A DNA stretch of 64,000 nt, from the IMG/VR virus record IMGVR_UViG_3300027797_000021, positions 1-64,000 of that record, one strand, 5' to 3'. Position numbers and translations under genes: made by a program. Below the pieces are notes generated by a model. The model saw nothing but the letters and a program-made list of their open reading frames with translations. It was not told where the DNA came from and did not search any database. The DNA comes from a virus. This document shows, piece by piece, positions 35,983-44,900 of this stretch (positions are counted from its first letter, which is position 1; every line of letters begins with the position of its first letter).

Positions 35983-38760
35983 TTAGTTCCAGTCTTCTCC
36001 AGCTATATCCTGGAGATCAAAGACAACTCCAGCTGTAAGATTATTTTGAATTATACTATATATTTCTTTTTCATCAATAAAATTATCTTTAACTTCTTTT
36101 GGTATTCTAATTATAACATATCCACCCTTAGTATAAGTGTCTCCCTGTGCAGGATATGTGTCCCAGTAGGAAAGTATTTCATCTATACTTTCAATTATTT
36201 CCGAGTTTTGAATAGACGCCTTTACTCCGCCACCCCTTAGTCTTAGGTCTGCCAATTTTGGATTTTGCCTATTGGGATCGTTTGTTACGTATGTAATAGC
36301 TATCATTAAAGCAAATGGATCATAATTGATGGAGAGTATGTCAAAAATTGTTGGATCATAAGTAAAGTTTACACTCTGAGTATAATCGTGATCTAATATT
36401 TCTGTGTATTCAACTGATTGTGGATTCAGATTGCTATATGTTTTTTTATATATATTTTTTGGAGTTATATATATATAAAGTGGCTTATCAAATTCAATAA
36501 CATCTGCGTTTAATAGGGGGTTTAGCGGAATCGGATCTCCATCTACCTGCCTTAATAAAATGTTTCTATTTTCGGTTGTATAACAAACCTTAATAAGGGA
36601 ATTGCTTGATGGAACTAATGGACGTTTAAAAGTTATTACCCCGGTATAAGAGTTTATATCTTTAATTAATCGGTATGGTATTTCCGCCCAGTCGCTATCT
36701 ATTGTTTGTTTTGTAAATACTTTAATTTCACTCTTAATTAATCCAGATATGGATGATGAATAACTTGTTGGATGATTCCAATTTAATATTGGAGTTCTCT
36801 TTACTTTTATATTTTTACTATCTAATATTATAGGATATTCATCAGTAACATCATAGTGCCCATGACCATATATCTTTGACCAAGAAACATTTTGTTGATC
36901 CAATGTACTATATTGTGCCAGTAAAGACTGATCTTTATAATCTTTCTTCCAGTCAAACCATTGATTTCTTGGAGAAATATATATCTCTTTTGAAAAAGCG
37001 CCGGGTGAGACGGGGAGCTCCCATGAGTCAAATTTAGATAAATTCGGACTTATTTCATTAACCTTAATAGAGCTTGAGGAATTATATCTTACGGAATATA
37101 CTGGAACTAGATACTTTAGCGGTACTTTACTTGGTATGAATGTACTAGAATTATTAAGACCAAAAAACTCATTGTCACCAGGTGTTCCATCTGCATCTAG
37201 TGCGCATATTCCAATGAATATATTTTCAACATTTCTGCTTAAAGAATTTTCTGATCTTGAATAAAAGTCAAGATAGTTTAAATAATTTCCTAAGAATTCT
37301 TTTTGTCCTATATCATAGAATCCATATTTAACGCCATCATCTGGAAACTCACTAGTAATTGAAAAGTATCCATACTGAAGATCTCTCTCTTCTAGAACGT
37401 CTCTATTATGAGATGGAATATCATTGATCGCAGATTTTATTTGGGTCATAGTTGGAATACCTTTTGCAGTGCCGTCTGCGTTACAGAAAAGCAGGATCCC
37501 CTCTCCGTAATTTATAGTGTTCTTATCGATTGCTGATAATAAGGTTCCGGATACTGTCTTCATTCGATTATTAGATAAATCATTTGAAATTGTTGTCACT
37601 AATGAATCGCCGTAATAGGTTGCTGATGTTTCAACCTTAAGTATGTTATTATCCTTAGAAACGGAAACTGGGGTGCCCTCCAATGTAACTTGCCCCCTAG
37701 ATATAACATTATCCAAAGATATGTCCGATAGCACTATAGGCTGACCTGTATTTCTGTTGCTAAACGAATCGACTATTATGTCACCATTATTATAATTGAC
37801 ACTATTTAAAGTTAATTCATCTTCAGGAGTAAAAATAATAGAAGTATTTTCTCCCTCAACTTTTGAGGGATACTCAATTTTGGAAATATAGTGATTACCG
37901 TTTCTCAATGACGTTAAAGACTTAATCCTGCCTAAGTTATCTAATGGCACTAGCTTGGATGTGATTGGGGAAATATTTTGCACAGTGCCAGAAATCGATA
38001 CGGTTACCGTAATTAGCTTGGGTGGAAAGTAGTCTTTATATCTTGTCTCAGTATAAGGTTCTCCAGGCTTACTCATGCCTTTTACGTCTATTCTTGCGAT
38101 AGAGAAACCTTCAGCTTCTCCAAAACCAGGTATTTTATTTCCAATAATATTAACAAAAATATATTTAGCGTCTTCCCTACTTCTACCGTTCATGGGAATC
38201 TTTATTTCCCCCGACTGTGCCGATAAATCTAGTAATTCAATTCCGCCAAATTTGAAAATATCAGTTTGATCAGTGGACGACCATCCAATTGCTGCAGCTT
38301 TGAATTGCCTCCATTTCGGATCTGCGTCTGCTGTAATAATAATCTCATTAACTGTCAATAGACTATCTGGTATCTTAAAAAAAATGTAATCAGACGCTAT
38401 TGATGGGCCGACCGTTCCGCTAAAACTTAGTTTTTTATATGATCTATCAGAGTTAATAGAAGAGGTGGTGCCCATATTTTCTACGGCAATGATGTACTTT
38501 CTTATGTCTGGAGAGGCAAAGTTTCTCCAGCCCTCAAATACTTCTGGGGTTGACGCCTTCATATTTAACCAGAACTTAGCCAAGTACCATTTAGTTTCAC
38601 TATCTACTTTGCCGTCAATATATATTTGATTATTATTTGCCTGAAAGACCTTAACGGAAGCGTTTGTTACTGGACCATATAGCCCATCAATAGCCTTATT
38701 ATAGTATCCATTAGCCGCTAATGTATACTGTATGTATTTTACGTATTCATGTGATGACAT
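35983..38760 (-). CDS. Virion protein with N-terminal peptidoglycan-binding domain
   Basis: VKYIQYTL...GYY...IDGLYGPVT..SVKVFQ...IDGKVD.ET; C-terminal DLRLRGGG motif. Confidence 0.78.
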   Translation of the reverse strand: MSSHEYVKYIQYTLAANGYYNKAIDGLYGPVTNASVKVFQANNNQIYIDGKVDSETKWYLAKFWLNMKASTPEVFEGWRNFASPDIRKYIIAVENMGTTSSINSDRSYKKLSFSGTVGPSIASDYIFFKIPDSLLTVNEIIITADADPKWRQFKAAAIGWSSTDQTDIFKFGGIELLDLSAQSGEIKIPMNGRSREDAKYIFVNIIGNKIPGFGEAEGFSIARIDVKGMSKPGEPYTETRYKDYFPPKLITVTVSISGTVQNISPITSKLVPLDNLGRIKSLTSLRNGNHYISKIEYPSKVEGENTSIIFTPEDELTLNSVNYNNGDIIVDSFSNRNTGQPIVLSDISLDNVISRGQVTLEGTPVSVSKDNNILKVETSATYYGDSLVTTISNDLSNNRMKTVSGTLLSAIDKNTINYGEGILLFCNADGTAKGIPTMTQIKSAINDIPSHNRDVLEERDLQYGYFSITSEFPDDGVKYGFYDIGQKEFLGNYLNYLDFYSRSENSLSRNVENIFIGICALDADGTPGDNEFFGLNNSSTFIPSKVPLKYLVPVYSVRYNSSSSIKVNEISPNLSKFDSWELPVSPGAFSKEIYISPRNQWFDWKKDYKDQSLLAQYSTLDQQNVSWSKIYGHGHYDVTDEYPIILDSKNIKVKRTPILNWNHPTSYSSSISGLIKSEIKVFTKQTIDSDWAEIPYRLIKDINSYTGVITFKRPLVPSSNSLIKVCYTTENRNILLRQVDGDPIPLNPLLNADVIEFDKPLYIYITPKNIYKKTYSNLNPQSVEYTEILDHDYTQSVNFTYDPTIFDILSINYDPFALMIAITYVTNDPNRQNPKLADLRLRGGGVKASIQNSEIIESIDEILSYWDTYPAQGDTYTKGGYVIIRIPKEVKDNFIDEKEIYSIIQNNLTAGVVFDLQDIAGEDWN

Positions 38761-38789
38761 ATTTCTTAGCTCTCATGTACTAGTATTTT

Positions 38790-41700
38790 TTAGGGGTTGT
38801 AACTTATGAAGCTTGCTGGGAAAGTACCCAAGCCTAGGCTATATAGTTGCGCTTGGGTTTGATTAAATAATGTTTTTACAATAGTGGAAGACGCAAAATT
38901 TGCAGTGGAGAAAACAAAAATTATATTATATTTACCAAATTCGCCTTGATTAGCTAACTTACGTACGGAAAATTGAGTATATAATGCTAAACCGGCATCT
39001 GTTGAAATCGTTCCACCCTTGAAACGAGTAAGTGTTATTATAGCGGGATTAGTTCCAGGCGCAATGACACCAACATTTTCCACTCTTATTATATCTGGTC
39101 TACTTGCGGTTGAATCGGCAATTGGAACAACAGGCGGAACTGAAGTGGTGTCGGGTGGAAGACTGGCGATGTAAGCAGCTATCGCTGCCCAGTCTATTAC
39201 GTCTTCATCGCCAGGATCACCGCCACCATCTACTGTTTGCTTCCATATCCCTGTTATTCCGTGTATATCTATATCTCCAGTATAGGGAAAAACATTTGAA
39301 CTTTCTGAGACTTTAGTACTGCGTTGCAAGTTAAGGTCGTCAATGGCAGACTGAAAGTTTTTAGCTTCTGCAATAAAAGGTTGTGATTCTGGAATTATTG
39401 TTACAATATCAGGTATTAATTCTATACCTTTTCCGTCAATTGCTATTGTGGCAGTTAATGACAGGTCACAGTCGAACCCATAAGGTTCGTCCATTCCCTC
39501 AAATGAAGTAAACTTAGAAGATAATTTAAATGGATAGGAATTAAATCCTGAAGAAAATCCTATTCCTGAATTAAGGCTTCTGGTAGATGATGTACCAGCT
39601 GGTCTTTCCACCAATAGGTGAGGCCCAAGTCCAGCTATCCTTTGTAGTGACGGAGAATACTTCTTAGTATAGGCGAGTAGAGGTCCCCTCGCTGCGCCGG
39701 ATACCACAAATTTATAAAGTGAATAAGATGATGGTATGTTCTCGGTTATGCTTGGACTAGGAATTACCTCGGCATTGACGAACCCTACGTCTGGATTTGT
39801 GACTTCTACATAAAATGTAATATCTTCAACACTAAGTTCAGCTAATAAATTACGCTGAAACTCTGGCAGCTTTTCTAGCATTTTTGTTTTTAAATAAGTG
39901 AAAATACTAGGACTATTTGATGATGTATCTTTTGTTAAATTTCTAGCATAAACACTCTCGGAATCGACATTTTCAAATAAGATTTTTTCAGAATCTTCTA
40001 GGGCATCTGAATACATTACCCAAGATGAGTCCCAATCTGTAACAAAATTAATTAAAGATGAAGCTGTTGTTGGCTTCCTTTCTGATTGAGACTTGCAGTA
40101 TATCCCATAGGAAACCGCATTGAAAAGTAACTTGAAAGGCCCTTCAACTATTGCGGAAAAAACGTTGTTGTCATTTTCAATATTTCCATAATGAGATACA
40201 GCGTTATTGGAATCAACCACCTTATCTGGATAAGCTAAGTTATATACTGAGTTACAGTAAGCCAGTAAATTAAATGTTGTAGCAATAATATTACCCTTAG
40301 ATAGGGTGTCTACCAGATTGGTAGAAGCGGGAATAATTGCCCCTATAGGATACTGCGCAGAGGTAGTGGCTCCGGCCTTAAGGAAAACATTGTCGTTTGC
40401 TAAAGATGAAAAGTATTTATAGGTTTTTGGCGAACTAGCATTTCCGTTTATGAGTCTTGATCCAAATATTCCGTAATAGTCTTTTTCAAAAATATTATCC
40501 GAGAGAGACCATCCACCATTTTTGGTAGAGTCCACAAGATAGTTAGTGTCTATCATATCAACAGTGTTCGCAGTCGCTCCATCAGACATTGCTAACTGAG
40601 TTCCTGCATTTAACTTTGATGCATTTGGACATAGTGATAGATCTAATATTAATGTGCCAAATTTATTACCCGTAAAATCATTAATTTTTTCTGCCTGTTC
40701 ACGAGTAATCTCTGCGTCAGGAGACCAGACTAAAACATCATACCCAGAAATATCCGTTGTATCTATGTTCACTTTCCAATAGTCAGCTTGATTTTTATTT
40801 ATACCATTTTGTGCTAATGGATTGGTGAATTTTAGACGAGTAAGATTGAAGGGTGAGTTTTCAAGTCTATATATTGCGTATGGATTTGTATTTCCATTGT
40901 TTGTATTTTGGCTGTTTGAGCTCGTGCATAGCACTGCTGCTTTTACAGTTCTAGAAAAAGTTCCCGAAGATATGTCAGACTCAACACCATAGTAAACTTG
41001 ATTAAAATTGAGGCTTCTTTTAGTTCTTGCTATTATTCGCCAGTTAAAAACTTCATAAGTTCTATAATCTTTAATAGCTTTACTGGGCACTATAACCTGG
41101 TAGCCATTTTCTATTGGTTGATTATTCAAATTGATATTAGTATATTTTTGATCTATTTTTTTTATAGAAAAATTCTTTGAGCCATAGTAGTTTGGATCGA
41201 TTACAAATGACTCTTCGGGAAGTTCCTTGAAATATTTAACAGGATTTATTGTTTCGGAATATCGTAACTGAAATCCAAATACATTTCCAAGTTCATCTGA
41301 TTCAACTTTATTGTACATTAATTTTAAGTTTATTGGTTGTTGTGGGTCTAGAAATACTAAAATTCTATAAGGAATTTCCGGGAGAGAAGTGTTATTTTCT
41401 GTCCTGAATGGTTCTAGTAAAATCTTATATTTTCTTTTATTTGTAATTGGATTAATATAATCTTTTCCAAATTCATCTAATACTTTTATGCCTAGGCTAA
41501 TGATTATATCATCACTAATATAATCATCCAAAGATATTAGGGAAATAGATGATGGAGCTATCGCAAAGTATCTACTTGTATAGAAATAATGGCTAAATGA
41601 ATCTGGATTTACTTGATTTAAATCCAATAGTTCAGAGACTGTTTTCTTGTGTACGAAAGAATTACTGATTGTTATATTTTCCGTTGCAATAGAAGATGAA

Positions 41701-41936
41701 CCATTTAACCTTCTTAAAATACCTAGCTCATCTGCGTACATGATTTCTGAGGAAGATGTTTCTTTAATCTTATTTTCTATAATTATTTCTGAAACATCTG
41801 TAATAAATACATTTTTTGCCGGACTAATTGATTCCGAAGTAAACCAAGATATACCTGCGGCATGCAACGGGACCTTTGCCCCTATCTTTGTTGCTTTTTC
41901 CTTGCCAGAAGTAGTTAGATTGTCAAATATTTCCAT
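38790..41936 (-). CDS. Large virion structural protein (possibly the N-terminal half of a split gene)
   Basis: 1048 aa in the baseplate block; TAATG coupling to the upstream gene. Confidence 0.7.
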   Translation of the reverse strand: MEIFDNLTTSGKEKATKIGAKVPLHAAGISWFTSESISPAKNVFITDVSEIIIENKIKETSSSEIMYADELGILRRLNGSSSIATENITISNSFVHKKTVSELLDLNQVNPDSFSHYFYTSRYFAIAPSSISLISLDDYISDDIIISLGIKVLDEFGKDYINPITNKRKYKILLEPFRTENNTSLPEIPYRILVFLDPQQPINLKLMYNKVESDELGNVFGFQLRYSETINPVKYFKELPEESFVIDPNYYGSKNFSIKKIDQKYTNINLNNQPIENGYQVIVPSKAIKDYRTYEVFNWRIIARTKRSLNFNQVYYGVESDISSGTFSRTVKAAVLCTSSNSQNTNNGNTNPYAIYRLENSPFNLTRLKFTNPLAQNGINKNQADYWKVNIDTTDISGYDVLVWSPDAEITREQAEKINDFTGNKFGTLILDLSLCPNASKLNAGTQLAMSDGATANTVDMIDTNYLVDSTKNGGWSLSDNIFEKDYYGIFGSRLINGNASSPKTYKYFSSLANDNVFLKAGATTSAQYPIGAIIPASTNLVDTLSKGNIIATTFNLLAYCNSVYNLAYPDKVVDSNNAVSHYGNIENDNNVFSAIVEGPFKLLFNAVSYGIYCKSQSERKPTTASSLINFVTDWDSSWVMYSDALEDSEKILFENVDSESVYARNLTKDTSSNSPSIFTYLKTKMLEKLPEFQRNLLAELSVEDITFYVEVTNPDVGFVNAEVIPSPSITENIPSSYSLYKFVVSGAARGPLLAYTKKYSPSLQRIAGLGPHLLVERPAGTSSTRSLNSGIGFSSGFNSYPFKLSSKFTSFEGMDEPYGFDCDLSLTATIAIDGKGIELIPDIVTIIPESQPFIAEAKNFQSAIDDLNLQRSTKVSESSNVFPYTGDIDIHGITGIWKQTVDGGGDPGDEDVIDWAAIAAYIASLPPDTTSVPPVVPIADSTASRPDIIRVENVGVIAPGTNPAIITLTRFKGGTISTDAGLALYTQFSVRKLANQGEFGKYNIIFVFSTANFASSTIVKTLFNQTQAQLYSLGLGTFPASFISYNP

Positions 41937-44900
41937 TATTCTTCCTCATGGTCTGGATGCAATTGCGAGTAATCAGATATATAGTACGGAGTAGAGCCCA
42001 TCAAACCCATTTGATATTGATCGTATCTATTTAGCGGAATCCATTTTGGAGGTGACCAATTTGGTGTCGAATTATATGCGTAAATAATCTCTGCATTGGA
42101 GTGCTCATATGCAAAGCTGGGAGTTGCTAATATCTGTGAGTTTTGTTGCCTATTTATTGTATATATATTTGGTAGTGGGATATCATTCTCATCACTATAT
42201 TGGATAGAATCGTATGACTCATGCCAGTAAATAACATCTCCAGATATAGTAACGTCATTGGACAAAAGAACTTCTCCACTAGAAGTCAAAATAGACGTAA
42301 TAGCTTCTTCGTTAGAGATATTTACCCGAGCAAACCAGTATCCCGGCGTGCTTGAGTCACTGGCTGTAATTTCATTAGATATGGTAAATTCTCCATTTGA
42401 ATTAGTATTAATCACATAATCTGGCGTAGCTGCAAACAAGTCTTTTAACGTCCTGCCGACATTCCAGGAAAGCTGGACTTCATTATTAAAGGGTTTATTC
42501 TTCCAGTAAATTTTTCCAGATATTGATACCTTACTGATGCCATCGGCATTTATGTTAATGTCGGACGCAGCTGCCTTAACTGACAAATTAAATGGGTCAT
42601 TTCTATTTATTGCAAATGGCACCTTTAAGATGTATCCTTCGGAAGAGCTATTTTGCTCACCATTCGGGGTGGCAGATCCTATTCCAACAATATCAATTAC
42701 TCCCTCGCGATATACTGCTGGTATGTCACCATCATATCGAATGATGGCTGTTGCTAATCCATTATCGCTTGTCGTTATGAATGATGGTGTAGCTGAAATT
42801 AAATCACCAGAAATAGCAAATGTTTGACCTGGCTTTAGATTATATTGATTATCGTGAGATACCAAAGATAAATACATTAAATCTGAAGTAGAGTCAGAGA
42901 TGTATGCTGGTGATAAATGAGCTTCAACATGCGAAAATGGATAATCTTCTTTACTGACATATATGTATCCTTCATCTATCGGATTTAAGGATGAATTCAG
43001 ATGTAAATTAATTGGATATGTAATGTCGTTAATTGAATTTTCATAAGTAATATTATATGAAGAATTTGAGTTTGGAGTTGAGCTGAAATAAATTACTGAA
43101 TTATATGCGTCAGCAATAGGGTCATAAACGTCATTATCGAGATACCATGCATTATTTACCTTATACGAAACTAAGTATTCCCTATCGTATATGAATGGTG
43201 TGGCTGCACTTTGGGGTGTAGCTTCATTGGTCAGTGTAATTTGATTTTCGCTTACAAGTATAGTATCTAATACTTCTTTGCCAGTATAATTATCTAAGAC
43301 TGATACATTAGATATGTCTTTATACGCTAAATAAATTATTTCATTTGCGCTGGCATTAACTATTTCAGAGTTTTCAAAAGTTAATTTTCCAGGAGTAGCG
43401 GCGTCTTCAAATGCCATATTTCTATAGTTCTGACCATCAACATCAACAAGTACGGGGGCGCCATTCCTAGGCGTATTTAAAAGGTTGACACTGAAGAATC
43501 TTCCACTAGAAGATTCCGTAACTGGATTTGCATATATGTAATAATCATTTTCTTCCAGGTATATCCAACCCGTGTGTAGTGCTGATCGCTGTTCTTGAAT
43601 TAAAAACTTATCTTTTTTAGCATGTACGTCTATGTAAGTTTCTACATCTTGACTAAACGAAGAATTTAAATTATTTAAAAGCGCATCTTGAGATTCAACG
43701 TATGCTTGAACTGAATTTTGTGCAGTATTTAATGTAGCGTCTTTTATGATATATACATCATCTTGGAGAAGGCCGAAAGATTCTTTACTCAAATAAATTT
43801 TACTTAAAAAAGAATCAGTATTAAAATAAGAATTTAGCGGATTCTCCCCGGTCTCATATACGTTATCTAGCGAATCTATGTATCCACCAAAAAGATTAGG
43901 AGTTGTTTGGGCTGTAAACGATTCATAGGCATCAAAATATATTGGATAATAACTTGATGTAGCTGATTCGATCAGCAAGTAGTGTGGTGTTGACGCGTAA
44001 TTAATTGTTGCAGAGTTAAAATAATTAGATGATCCGAGCGATATATTTGAAGAGCTGAATGGTTTCCATTTTATGTTTGGAGAAGATGGAACTAAATACT
44101 GCGAATTGTCATCTGGATTAATGGTTCTCCCGCCAATAATATTTGTTTCTATATCTTCTGATCCAAAGTATCCAACCCCATTTGGAGCGCTGACGTCTAC
44201 ATAAAGATACTGAGGCGTTGCGTCGAATGGTAAGATTACTCTATCTAACATCTCATTTACGTAAATGGACTTTGTCGAGGTACCTAAGATGGTAGGATCA
44301 TTTTGCGGATTCAGACTAAAAGTAGATTGTAATGGGTTCGTGTTTAAGGATGCTATCTTTGTTGAGTAATCGGTAGATCCAATTTTTATATTAGCGTCTT
44401 GGGGGCGCCTATTTGGAGTGGCCATTGATATTTGAGAATTGACAGTTGGGTTAACGTAGTAACTTGGAGTACTAGTGGAAAATGAAGCACGATAGCTTGC
44501 AGTTGCAAGAGAAGTATCGTATGCTTGGGACACATAATTCCATCCGCCATTTGAGAATACTATTTTTACTGAAGAAGCGTCATTGAAGGTAATACTATTA
44601 GTTATAGGAGACGCGTGAGTATTGAGGTAGATCTGATTATATACTTTATCTTTGAATACTACATCAGGAATGGTATTGCCCTCTTGATCAAATATTCTAA
44701 TATAGTTAAATTCTGGACTAGCAGAACTTGTAGCTGGTAATCTATTGCCAACATAAAAATCTTCTCTATTAGTATAGTTTAAATTTGAATAAAATGTAGA
44801 AGGAGTGGTGTAGTTATCATGTGGTGGCATTATTATTTCATATGTCAGCCCAACTCCAACATCGGCTTTATTGACATTATTTACTTTCCCAGTGCCTGAG

